From: an uncultured Bacilli bacterium
Lineage (GTDB): Bacteria > Bacillota_I > Bacilli_A > RF39 > UBA660
Assembly (NCBI GenBank): GCA_947629445.1
Contig: CANRDU010000001.1
Span: forward strand, 1,386 to 65,385
DNA length: 64,000 nt
Reading direction: 5' to 3'
The translations under genes and the position numbers were made by a program. Positions within the stretch are counted from its first letter, which is position 1; every line of letters starts with the position of its first letter. This document shows positions 1 to 8,671 of the stretch, one piece after another. Under the pieces are notes generated by a model. That model was given only the letters and a program-made list of their open reading frames with translations. It made no database searches and was not told the DNA's origin.

Positions 1-322
1 TAATCTTTCCTGAAAACATAGAATAACTATCCTCGATAAATTGAGACCACTCATCTTCCATAAGAGTGTCATCTGCTACATAACTTTGATAAGCTTCCTC
101 ATTCCAAGTAACATCTGTTTCTGTAAGATCTCCACCAGTTTCAACAGCAGAAGTGTCTGTTGTTGGTGTATCACTTGTATCCACATTCTGAGTTTGACCA
201 CAAGCCGTAAGAACAGTTGCTAAAGCAGTTGCACTTAAAGCAATTCCTGCGGTTTTTTTCAATAATCCTTCCTTATGTAATGTAGCATTTTTCAACTTGT
301 CAAAATAAATTCTTAATTTCAT
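1..322 (-). CDS. Lipoprotein, 3' end truncated by the window edge (probable solute-binding or surface lipoprotein)
   Basis: The minus-strand ORF starts at ATG 322..320 with the RBS GAAGGGGG upstream. The N-terminus MKLRIYFDKLKNATLHKEGLLKKTAGIALSATALATVLTACG has a signal peptide and lipobox (LTAC). The ORF runs off the window start. Confidence 0.5.
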   Translation of the reverse strand, partial: MKLRIYFDKLKNATLHKEGLLKKTAGIALSATALATVLTACGQTQNVDTSDTPTTDTSAVETGGDLTETDVTWNEEAYQSYVADDTLMEDEWSQFIEDSYSMFSGKI

Positions 323-483
323 ATATTTCCCCCTTCTTTCAAAGACAGCGTATATGTTAACATTTTTTTCCCCTTTTGTCAAATTTTATTTCTATTTTTA
401 TATTAATTTATTATCCTACATTAAATTATACCACAACGTATATTTTTTGACAACGTTATTATCGAGTGAAAAAGGAAACTTTA

Positions 484-1941
484 CTATGGAATTTGATTGA
501 TGATAGATTGATGAGATTTACTATTTAAATAGGAAGAAGAAAGATACTGATTATAATTCTTCTCTATTCTTTCATATTTCAATGTCAAAATTTTACGAAC
601 AGACTCATCAATTCTTTTCTCTGAGATTTTTCCGTTCTTAACAGCATTCTTAATTGCCGTTCTAGCCTTCTCAGGAGAAGCAGGCATTAATAATAAATCA
701 ACTCCTGCTTCTATCGCTTTAACGGGAATTTGATCAGTAGAATAATACTTCGTTAAAGCTCCCATATTTAATGCATCCGTAACTACTAATCCTTTATAGC
801 CCATCTCATTTTTCAAAAAATCCGTAATTAATGTTTTAGATAGCGATGCTGGTGTATTATCCCCCGTAATAGATGGAACTGCTAAATGCCCAATCATAAT
901 GACATCCGCACCATTTTTAATCGCATTTTGAAAAGGAATTAAATCAAGGTCATAAAGTTCTTTTTTTGTCTTATCAACAATAGGAAGAGATACATGAGAA
1001 TCAACAGAAGTATTACCATGACCTGGAAAATGCTTATAAACGGGAATAATACCATTTTCTTCTAGACCTTCAGCAAGAGCTATTCCCATCTTGCTTACTA
1101 CATCACTCGTTTTACCAAATGCCCTTTTACCAATTACTTGATTATTAGGATTCGAATAAACATCCAAAACAGGAGCAAAATCCATATTAATACCAAAAAC
1201 ACGCATTTCTTCCGCCATTACCTTTCCAACATTTTTCGCCAATGTTGTATCTTTTGTGTTTCCAAGATCTTGCATATAAGGAATATAAATAGCTTTTTTA
1301 TCGGTAAGTCCTTGTAAACGCTGAACCCCACCACCTTCTTGATCAACAGAAATAAACATCGGGATATCCGAAGTAGCTTTCACCTTTTTAACAAAATCCA
1401 CCGTCTTCTGATAAGTCGTGAAATTAGCTTTAAACAATATAAAACCACCTGGTTGAATATCTTTTAATCTCTTTTCTAAAGTACTATCATAAGCCTTTTG
1501 ATAATCGATAATCATCATTTGCCCTATTTTTTCATCCAATGTCATACTATTTAAAGTACGCTCTACTTTTTCACTAATAGTCTCGTTAGGAGTACTAGAA
1601 TTACTGTTACTATTCGTATGACTATTTGTATTCGTATGACTGTTGGTATTCGTATTTTGTGTAGAATTAGATGTACTATTCGAATTACTATGAGTATTCG
1701 TATTGGTACTAGTATTCGTATTCGTGTTAGAACTTGTATTAGAATTACTTTCTACATTGGTATTGGAATTTTCCAGTGAGTTACTTTCATCATTCGAGTT
1801 AGATTCTGAATTCGTATCACGGTTATTAGCCAATGTTGGAAGAGTTGATGGTTGTCCCTTCTTCGCAATGAATTGAATTCCAAAAAATAACAAAACAACA
1901 ATAATAACAGCAACAATGCCAGTAACAATTTTCTTCTTCAT
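484..1941 (-). CDS. Glycoside hydrolase family 3 beta-N-acetylhexosaminidase (NagZ-like), membrane-anchored, with an Asn/Ser/Thr-rich linker
   Basis: The N-terminal TM helix is followed by a long N/S/T low-complexity tract. The GH3 signature KHFPGHG and the GH3 fold motifs (GGFILF, VSVDQEGG) are present. Confidence 0.8.
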   Translation of the reverse strand: MKKKIVTGIVAVIIVVLLFFGIQFIAKKGQPSTLPTLANNRDTNSESNSNDESNSLENSNTNVESNSNTSSNTNTNTSTNTNTHSNSNSTSNSTQNTNTNSHTNTNSHTNSNSNSSTPNETISEKVERTLNSMTLDEKIGQMMIIDYQKAYDSTLEKRLKDIQPGGFILFKANFTTYQKTVDFVKKVKATSDIPMFISVDQEGGGVQRLQGLTDKKAIYIPYMQDLGNTKDTTLAKNVGKVMAEEMRVFGINMDFAPVLDVYSNPNNQVIGKRAFGKTSDVVSKMGIALAEGLEENGIIPVYKHFPGHGNTSVDSHVSLPIVDKTKKELYDLDLIPFQNAIKNGADVIMIGHLAVPSITGDNTPASLSKTLITDFLKNEMGYKGLVVTDALNMGALTKYYSTDQIPVKAIEAGVDLLLMPASPEKARTAIKNAVKNGKISEKRIDESVRKILTLKYERIEKNYNQYLSSSYLNSKSHQSIINQIP

Positions 1942-2098
1942 ATTTCTCCTCCCAATCCTCTACTTTATAGTATAACACATTATCTTCATTTGTGCATCTA
2001 TTTTCTACTATCTACATTTGATGAATTCTAGAAATTCAGATATTTCTCTTGCAAACATTTTTTAATTATGGTATATTATAAAAGTACTTAGGATTTTT

Positions 2099-2175
2099 GG
2101 ATCTTTAGCTCAGTTGGTTAGAGCATCCGGCTCATAACCGGACGGTCGTAGGTTCGAGTCCTACAAGATCCACCA
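2099..2175 (+). tRNA. tRNA with anticodon CAT. Ile2 (lysidine) type is favoured over elongator Met.
   Basis: Cloverleaf GGATCTTTAGCTCAGTTGGTTAGAGC...GGCTCATAACCGG...GGTTCGAGTCC...CCA. G1-C72. The anticodon stem lacks the three G-C pairs of initiators. The D-loop and anticodon loop resemble Bacillus tRNA-Ile(LAU). Confidence 0.8.
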
Positions 2176-2182
2176 TTATTCT

Positions 2183-2267
2183 GCGAGTGTGGCGAAATTG
2201 GCAGACGCACTAGACTTAGGATCTAGCGCCGCAAGGCATGGGGGTTCAAGTCCCTTCACTCGCACCA
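2183..2267 (+). tRNA. tRNA-Leu (anticodon TAG), class II with a long variable arm
   Basis: GCGAGTGTGGCGAAATTGGCAGACGC..CTAGACTTAGGATCTAG..long variable arm..GGTTCAAGTCCC..CACTCGCACCA. Anticodon loop CTTAGGA. Confidence 0.85.
2252..2267 (+). repeat. attL-like direct repeat (3' end of tRNA-Leu), CCCTTCACTCGCACCA
   Basis: An exact 16-nt copy recurs at 4621..4636. The upstream AAGT is also shared, with a 1-nt indel. Confidence 0.6.
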
Positions 2268-2280
2268 TTTATTTTGATTA

Positions 2281-3234
2281 TTACATGAAAAATGTGATAA
2301 TAGATTTAGTAATTTTTTTAAAACCCTTGGTCAGTGTATTAAAAAAATCAAATCCTGTGAAAAGACAACTCGGTTGTCTTTTTTCAGTGTGTAAATAAAC
2401 ATCTACAGTCATTGAAACAGTACTATGTCCTAAATCTTTAGAAACAACATCTATAGGAACTCCTTTATGGATCTTATTAGTCGCATAACTATGCCTAAAT
2501 TGATGTTGCGTGATTTCAAACAAACCAGCCTTTTCACATGCTATCTTCTTTTTCCTATCAATAGTCGTAGGTGCTAACGGTTTCATACCACCAAAAAGAA
2601 AATAATCATATACACGACCATACTTTTTTTCATAATAACATTTTAAACAAAATAGTTTCCATCTCATTAGAAAAGAAAGATTAATATAACGAACCGACGA
2701 TTGATTCTTAGGGGTATCAAGCTCTCTATTCCCTCTTCTTTGAATATTATTGTGTATATACAAATATCCACCGTATACATCACTAAATTTTAAAGCCATA
2801 GCTTCTCCAGGTCTAGTACCAAAATGGAAAATAAAATAAAAATATTGTTTCAAAACATAATCATCTAAATACCGATAAAATATCCTAAATTGTCGAGAAT
2901 TATAATACTTATACTCTCTTGTAGAAATAGTCCTTTTAAAATTTCCAACTTTCAAAACAATATTAAATTCTAGATAGGAATAATTGACACAAAACTCAAT
3001 AAAAGCACTGAAAGTATAATATAAATTCCGATCAAAATTATAACTAAAATGCTTATTCAAAATTTCGGTTTGCCAATTAATTATATCAGCGGTGGTTAAA
3101 GAAGAAACTATTCTTCCCTTAAAATAAGGTAAAATATGATTTTTAAAATCCTTGGTCAATGTATAAAATCCTTGTTTTTTATGCCGATTTCGAGCATATA
3201 TTTTGTACTCTTCGTACGCGTCCTCAAATTTCAT
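2281..3234 (-). CDS. Site-specific tyrosine recombinase / phage-type integrase
   Basis: C-terminal catalytic motifs HQFRHSYAT and LGHSTVSMTVDVYLH (R..HxxR..Y). It is adjacent to a tRNA gene. Confidence 0.85.
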   Translation of the reverse strand: MKFEDAYEEYKIYARNRHKKQGFYTLTKDFKNHILPYFKGRIVSSLTTADIINWQTEILNKHFSYNFDRNLYYTFSAFIEFCVNYSYLEFNIVLKVGNFKRTISTREYKYYNSRQFRIFYRYLDDYVLKQYFYFIFHFGTRPGEAMALKFSDVYGGYLYIHNNIQRRGNRELDTPKNQSSVRYINLSFLMRWKLFCLKCYYEKKYGRVYDYFLFGGMKPLAPTTIDRKKKIACEKAGLFEITQHQFRHSYATNKIHKGVPIDVVSKDLGHSTVSMTVDVYLHTEKRQPSCLFTGFDFFNTLTKGFKKITKSIITFFM

Positions 3235-3409
3235 ATATCATCTCCTCAAGCTCCGAGAAGATTATTATATAGAAATTTCTATATTTTTCAAATTCACTTC
3301 ATGACACCACCTACCTATAAATTTATTTTATCATAAAATTAATAGATTTCATTAAAAAAGAACTAAAAAGAAAAAAGTTGCCAATATAACAACTTTTTTT
3401 GCCTATTCT

Positions 3410-3715
3410 AGGCCATAACCTAAGTGACTGGCCATGGAATCATGATTGCTCCTGGGGTGAATGCTTTCTGCCTTATTGGTAGTCAAACTCCAGTTGGTGC
3501 AAAGAAATTTCACTTTAGCTAATCTATGCGTACATGAGATTCAACGCTTCGAAATGTGCGGGAGCACTCGAAGAAGATCCTCATTCGCCTACATATTATC
3601 AAGGGTCTAGATAAACGGACTACGTCCGCCCTTGACAATATTTCGGCTCATGATAAGGGGCCGCTAAGTGATGAAAGAACCGATAGGTTCATTCATCACC
3701 ACGCTCCATTATAAA
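3410..3715. other. GC-rich (~45% GC) non-coding segment inside the integrated element. It is a candidate structured RNA or a foreign remnant.
   Basis: No ORF longer than 27 codons in any frame. The GC content is well above the ~28-30% surroundings. Confidence 0.3.
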
Positions 3716-3812
3716 AAAAATATAAGAATTTATTCCACGGTTAGTTGACTTTATCTCCCATAGGTTTTTGATTAGGACGAATCGTCCAAAAAGGACTAGA
3801 AAGGAGAACGTT

Positions 3813-3926
3813 ATGAAAAAAACAAAAAAAGCCTTAACGCTCGAACAGGCTGAAAGGCTTCATAAAAAATACGGATTAATATTCCAGGTAAAAAATGGAA
3901 TGTTAATCATTCAAAAGGAAGATTGA
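3813..3926 (+). CDS. Small hypothetical protein (37 aa) within the integrated element
   Basis: Strong RBS AAAGGAGA 6 nt upstream of the ATG. It is followed directly by a hairpin plus T-tract. Product: MKKTKKALTLEQAERLHKKYGLIFQVKNGMLIIQKED. Confidence 0.4.
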   Translation: MKKTKKALTLEQAERLHKKYGLIFQVKNGMLIIQKED

Positions 3927-3945
3927 TTCTTCCTTTTTCCTTTTT
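3917..3945 (+). terminator. Rho-independent terminator after the small ORF
   Basis: Hairpin GGAAGA-ttgat-TCTTCC followed by TTTTTCCTTTTT. Confidence 0.5.
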
Positions 3946-4232
3946 GTACGAAAGTATTGTATCAAAAACCCATGGGAAAGTCAACTACTTTCGCGGCATA
4001 AAGGCTAAAGCAGGAAAATACACTAACCACGCTAAAGTGAAATTAGATCTAATCAATATCGCAATCATGATTTAAATGTATCGTTCTTTTTTATATCTAA
4101 AATAACCAACGCACTTTATATTCTTTCACATAATTATCAAACAAAAAATAGGGAATTAAAACAAGTATAGGGGTAAATAACGAGTTTTATCTTATTTTTC
4201 AAAGTCAAACACCTCTTTTTATGTATTTATTA

Positions 4233-4253
4233 CCCCCCTATTAGTATGGGGGG
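4233..4253. repeat. G/C hairpin CCCCCC-tattagtat-GGGGGG
   Basis: Perfect C6/G6 inverted repeat in an AT-rich context. Confidence 0.4.
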
Positions 4254-4261
4254 TACCGATA

Positions 4262-4301
4262 CAACTTTATGCGCGGCGCTAAAACGCTCGCGCAAAAGTT
4301 G
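4262..4301. repeat. 40-nt imperfect palindrome CAACTTTatGCGCGgcgctaaaacgcTCGCGCaAAAGTTG
   Basis: A 7-bp outer stem and a 6-bp GC-rich inner stem. It lies inside a predicted 68-aa ORF that is probably spurious. Confidence 0.4.
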
Positions 4302-4401
4302 CAGATTGAGTTTTTCAATACTTGCCAAATTTTTATAATCTTGATAAATCCGAAATTTATCAATTAAAATTATAACACAAAAAAATGAGAGGTTATACCT
4401 C

Positions 4402-4584
4402 TCAAAAAAATTTATAGACATAATAATAAACGCCACAATAGTTTATTTGAGCTTTATCTCGATTCTTCCAACAATGTTTATGTATTTTTTTTGGAGCTTT
4501 AAAATTAAAAAAAGAAATTAATTCATCAAGAGAATCAAGATAAGCGACAATATTGTCATCTTCATCATAAACAACAAAATACAT
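4402..4584 (-). CDS. Small hypothetical protein (60 aa) in the integrated element
   Basis: RBS AGAAAGGA 4 nt upstream of the ATG. No recognisable domain. Confidence 0.35.
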   Translation of the reverse strand: MYFVVYDEDDNIVAYLDSLDELISFFNFKAPKKIHKHCWKNRDKAQINYCGVYYYVYKFF

Positions 4585-4620
4585 TTGTCCTTTCTAGATT
4601 ATTTCAAAAAGTGTAAGTTC

Positions 4621-4636
4621 CCTTCACTCGCACCAC
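4621..4636 (+). repeat. attR-like direct repeat CCCTTCACTCGCACCA
   Basis: Copy of the tRNA-Leu 3' end (2252..2267). Confidence 0.6.
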
Positions 4637-4847
4637 TTTGATTAATACTCGTATCATAATTACGAGAGTAATAAACGCTAACAGAAATGTTAGTTTTTTG
4701 TTGCAATAAAAAAGCCAAGTCTTTTTAAAACACTTGACTTTAAACATCATTTTTCAAAATAGTAACACACACCGCTATCGGCTAGCCAACTATTAAGAAT
4801 AGTTTGTAATTTTTCAACAATTGTAATATCTGTTAATTTATATTTTT

Positions 4848-5564
4848 TTATTCAAAATTATAATAATGTACTCTATCATAATCTTTTAAAATAGCATCTT
4901 TTATATATGGAGAATTATCATTAATAATCTCTTCTGTTTTATTATAAGTACCGCTTAAATTATATCCCATTGTATCCGCAGCATTATAATCAGCGATTGA
5001 TTTAAAATTAATTATAAACATTTTTTCAAACATCGGATAAGATGAAATCAGATTGTTTTTCATATTTTCAAAACGATCATGGTTTACATACTCAAATACC
5101 CCTAACAGTTTAACATCCTTGAGTACATCACTTAAATTGTTTCCATCATAATAAGTATTAACGCTAAGATTGATACCATTCGTTATGTTAACATCGTTAC
5201 CATATTCTCTATAATATAATCGATATATATAAATATTATTTGAGTCTGGTAATAATTTCATTAAACTAGCAACAATTTCTTCACTTTGGTAGTTATCTTT
5301 ACCTTCGATACTAACCTCATTTCCGATTATATCTACATAAAAAATTTTATTATTATATTCTAATTGAACTGACATATGATTCCCATTGCATGTATTTGTA
5401 TAAATATCATTACTCATTTTTAGACAATGAGCCGATATAAATTTTGGGGTAAATCCATATTTATTTTCTATATAATTAATAGCATTTTCCTTTGCTTGTT
5501 TTTTATAAATTTTTTCAAATTCTTTATCTTCTTTCGTATAGCATCCACATAATCCTAATACCAT
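4848..5564 (-). CDS. Hypothetical lipoprotein-like protein
   Basis: The N-terminus MVLGLCGCY has a Cys lipobox-like site. There is no good SD sequence. The frame stays open upstream (..KKIVLSIVCSIM..), so the true start is uncertain. Confidence 0.45.
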   Translation of the reverse strand: MVLGLCGCYTKEDKEFEKIYKKQAKENAINYIENKYGFTPKFISAHCLKMSNDIYTNTCNGNHMSVQLEYNNKIFYVDIIGNEVSIEGKDNYQSEEIVASLMKLLPDSNNIYIYRLYYREYGNDVNITNGINLSVNTYYDGNNLSDVLKDVKLLGVFEYVNHDRFENMKNNLISSYPMFEKMFIINFKSIADYNAADTMGYNLSGTYNKTEEIINDNSPYIKDAILKDYDRVHYYNFE

Positions 5565-5954
5565 AATGCTACAAACTATACTTAAAACTATTTTTTTGAT
5601 AAATATCTCTTACTTCTCTACAGTTATTATAACATATAAGTAACGAACTTTAACGCTTATTGTGAATACTCATTGGAATGTACAATATATTGATTAGTTA
5701 TTCGGCTTCTTCTTTATACGCACCAGTGCCATTAGGTTATTATGATATGCTTATCAAAATACCTAGAAAATTAATAATTTTGTAGCAATTCTTTTACCGT
5801 TACTTTATAAAAATGGTATTAGTGAAAAACAACGTGCAAAAAAATATTATTTATACTATACAAAAGTTGTAGATAACTACATCATCAATTTGATTGATAC
5901 TCGTGCTATGTTTTAAAATACATAAAATTATGTTAAAATTTATATGTAGATTAA

Positions 5955-6482
5955 ATGAATATTGTTTGCAAGGAGAGAATCGTGATGAGAACTACCATTA
6001 GAAAAAGAGAAATAGAAGACTCGGAGGAATTAGCCCATGCTATCGCCCTTGTATGGAATACCACATATCAAGGAATTGTGGATGACGATTTTTTAAAAGG
6101 GCTATTAGATGCTGATAATATTAAAAAAAATGCTGAAAAATTAAGAAATAGTGCTAATAATTCAATGGATTATTATGTCTTAACGTTACAAGGCAAAATC
6201 ATTGGTTGGATTTATTATACTTTAGATAGCGATAAATATGAAAATGCTGCCGAAATACACTCTTTATATATTCTAAAAGAATATCACGGAAATGGTTATG
6301 GTAGATTGCTATATGATTATGCTGTTAAAAATATCATGAAAAAAGGAATCAAAAAATTAGTAATTGGTTGTTTAGATGGCAACCCTTCCAATGATTTTTA
6401 TAAGCATCTTGGTGGAAAGTATATAGGGAATCATTTATTTAGAGAAAAATATTTAGAAAATATATATTTATTTGAATTATAG
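5955..6482 (+). CDS. GNAT family N-acetyltransferase
   Basis: GNAT motif A region ...LYILKEYHGNGYGRLLYDYA... The start may be at the internal Met 5985. Confidence 0.75.
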   Translation: MNIVCKERIVMRTTIRKREIEDSEELAHAIALVWNTTYQGIVDDDFLKGLLDADNIKKNAEKLRNSANNSMDYYVLTLQGKIIGWIYYTLDSDKYENAAEIHSLYILKEYHGNGYGRLLYDYAVKNIMKKGIKKLVIGCLDGNPSNDFYKHLGGKYIGNHLFREKYLENIYLFEL

Positions 6483-6502
6483 TGTATCCTCTATAAGTAT
6501 TA

Positions 6503-6540
6503 CAAAAAAACTACTTCTTATTAAAAAGTAGTTTTCTTTT
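6503..6540. terminator. Bidirectional rho-independent terminator between convergent genes
   Basis: AACTACTT-cttattaaa-AAGTAGTT hairpin flanked by an A-run and a T-run. Confidence 0.5.
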
Positions 6541-6554
6541 TATAAAATAATATA

Positions 6555-8105
6555 TTACATGCTCTTAGGAGCATCTACTTTCTCCTGCATAATTTCCTTT
6601 ACAGGAATCATTAAAGCTGTCGGAATCAATCCACCACAAACAGTAGAAAATTGATCAAGATGTTCTTTATCTAACATGCCTCTTTCCAAAAATTTACTGC
6701 GAATCCGTTCTAAATTACAATCGATATGGTCTGTTAAAGACCAGTAAGAAATTCCTTGTAATAAAACACCTGATTCTCTAACAATAGAAGAAATCTGCTC
6801 CACCTTTTTTTTCTTCATATTGTAGAGTTCTTCATAAGTAATGGATAGTGAAGGATTATTCATCAAATTTAAAATTTCATTTTCTCCTAGCGATAAATCA
6901 AATTCTGTTATTTGAATATTCATACCCTGTGTATCCTGTAAAGTTTTAAAATCTTGAAAGCATTTTTGAATATTTGCTTCTTCTGTTGTAAAAGTTATAT
7001 GTGTTTGCGAACCTAATGTATCAATCAAACCATTCGATGTAGCATTAATAGATTGTAAAACTTCTAATACTTTTTTTCTTCTTTTAGAATTTTCTAAAAA
7101 AGGTTCATTATATAAATAACTAACTCCTTGAGGTTTGTGACTTTTCGCATACTCAAATATTTCACATATGTCAGAGATACTAATACCATAATTTGTCTCC
7201 CAAATATTTTCGTATTCTCCCTGTGCATTTTCATCAAAACTAACAAGTTCATTCAATAGATCAATTGCTTGAATAACAGGTGTTCCATCTGGTAAACGAT
7301 GTGTGCGATTGTATTCATTTACAAAATCAATGGTTGCTTTTACATACTCTTTTAATATTTGACAAATCTCCTCTTTTGATCTTCCTTGGAAGAAATGTTC
7401 ACAAGACCATTTGGTAAGAAGAGAGTGAAACCTAACGTGCTTATTATTTCGATAAGCAAAATCAAAATCTCTCATTGCGAAATAATAATCAAATTGGTGT
7501 TCCTTATCTCCTATCAAAAACTCATTAATAACCATTTCGGGTCTCCCTGATCCTAGTAATAAGGTATTGAATGATGATAATTTTGAATTTACTAAAGAAA
7601 GTTCTTCATACAATATATCCATTTTGTTTTGATCACGTTCAATAGAAACAAAGCGCTGAAACTGTCTAAAAATTTCTCGATAACGTTCTGGATAATGACT
7701 CCTAATATACTCTTCTGCGTAATCCTTTATAGATGGTATTTGTTTATTTTTAGAAGCATCATGGATAGCATCGATATCTTCTTGCTTAAGAGATAAATGT
7801 TCTAAAGTATTATTTAATACTGTTTCTCGAGTGCTATCATGAGGTACAAGGGTCTTTTGATAAGACGCAAAAACCTCTTTCTTTACCTCATCCAAATCCC
7901 TCTCATAAAATTCTTTCATTTTGTCTTCTTGGTATACACCCTTTAGTTGAGCACATTCCATGATAAACTGTATTAATTCCTGATGACTACGACATTGGAT
8001 AATAGATAGTAAATCCAATTGCTCACTACTAAAATATGCCCCAATATTGTCATTGGGAACATCCAAATAATATGAATTCATCATATCACCTATCCCTATT
8101 GTCAT
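6555..8105 (-). CDS. Intracellular glycoside hydrolase family 10-like protein (xylanase-fold TIM barrel) with a ~180-aa N-terminal domain of unknown function
   Basis: Motifs appear in the GH10 order: FDFAYRNNKHVRFHSLLTKW (like ..RGHTLVWH), YLYNEPF (NEP acid/base), IDTLGSQTHI (G-Q-H), IQITEFD (ITELD nucleophile) and ISYWSLTD (VWG.TD). No signal peptide. Confidence 0.5.
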   Translation of the reverse strand: MTIGIGDMMNSYYLDVPNDNIGAYFSSEQLDLLSIIQCRSHQELIQFIMECAQLKGVYQEDKMKEFYERDLDEVKKEVFASYQKTLVPHDSTRETVLNNTLEHLSLKQEDIDAIHDASKNKQIPSIKDYAEEYIRSHYPERYREIFRQFQRFVSIERDQNKMDILYEELSLVNSKLSSFNTLLLGSGRPEMVINEFLIGDKEHQFDYYFAMRDFDFAYRNNKHVRFHSLLTKWSCEHFFQGRSKEEICQILKEYVKATIDFVNEYNRTHRLPDGTPVIQAIDLLNELVSFDENAQGEYENIWETNYGISISDICEIFEYAKSHKPQGVSYLYNEPFLENSKRRKKVLEVLQSINATSNGLIDTLGSQTHITFTTEEANIQKCFQDFKTLQDTQGMNIQITEFDLSLGENEILNLMNNPSLSITYEELYNMKKKKVEQISSIVRESGVLLQGISYWSLTDHIDCNLERIRSKFLERGMLDKEHLDQFSTVCGGLIPTALMIPVKEIMQEKVDAPKSM

Positions 8106-8145
8106 TATATCATATTAAAGGCATAAAAAAATAGAGTTAAAAACT

Positions 8146-8565
8146 CTATTTATCTAACATATTTAATAAATTAATTTTAAACATGTCTTTATCAGAATGT
8201 TGTTTAGATACCATAACACCTTTATAAGTAACTAATTCACTAGCATGACCTTCACTTAAGATATCCGTTGGTTCAAACTTGTCCAACATGACAATCTTTT
8301 CTTTTTCATAAACTAAATAGTATAGTTTAATATCACCATGAACCTTAGAAAATAAGGCATCCGTTGGTAATTTTAATTCATAAGTTTGAGTTCCATTTGT
8401 CTTATTTGTCGAAATTAATTTTCCTAAAAAATTTCCTTCCTTTAAGGCTGGGTAATACTCGAAATACAATTTTTTGTATGCAAGCATATTATACTTCTTT
8501 AGAGAACGCTCTAACTTTTTAAATTCGTTTTCATTTACGTAATCAAATAGATAAGTCTCTTTCAC
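8146..8565 (-). CDS. Hypothetical protein (139 aa)
   Basis: ORF only. Likely co-transcribed with the GH10-like gene. Confidence 0.5.
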   Translation of the reverse strand: MKETYLFDYVNENEFKKLERSLKKYNMLAYKKLYFEYYPALKEGNFLGKLISTNKTNGTQTYELKLPTDALFSKVHGDIKLYYLVYEKEKIVMLDKFEPTDILSEGHASELVTYKGVMVSKQHSDKDMFKINLLNMLDK

Positions 8566-8644
8566 AGTACACCCCTTCCTATTATAATATTATATTATTC
8601 TTATTCTAAATTTATGATAACATATAAGATTTTTGATGTCAAAC

Positions 8645-8671
8645 AAAAAAAGCGTTTTCCAACGCTTTTTT
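8645..8671 (-). terminator. Rho-independent terminator (bidirectional hairpin)
   Basis: AAGCGTT-ttcc-AACGCTT with flanking A and T runs. It lies immediately after the stop of the 530-aa gene. Confidence 0.55.

Larger units (their letters stand above)
2268..4636. mobile_element. Small tRNA-Leu-integrated element (integrase plus short cargo), bounded by direct repeats
   Basis: A tyrosine integrase gene ends 14 nt after the tRNA-Leu 3' end. A 16-20 bp direct repeat of the tRNA 3' end lies at 4615..4636. The interior holds small ORFs, a GC-rich non-coding segment and GC hairpins. Confidence 0.55.

Noticed and set aside
2099-2175. Initiator tRNA-fMet assignment for the CAT-anticodon tRNA
   Set aside because: The G1-C72 pair is intact and the anticodon stem lacks the three consecutive G-C pairs of initiators. 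The D-loop and anticodon loop match the Ile2 (lysidine) type, and a separate elongator Met is present at 50444..50520.
2189-2398. Predicted 69-aa ORF on the plus strand
   Set aside because: It lies over tRNA-Leu (2183..2267) and the integrase 3' end. It is an artefact.
4230-4436. Predicted 68-aa ORF on the minus strand
   Set aside because: It spans two strong G/C hairpins and overlaps a better-supported small ORF in another frame. It is probably non-coding.
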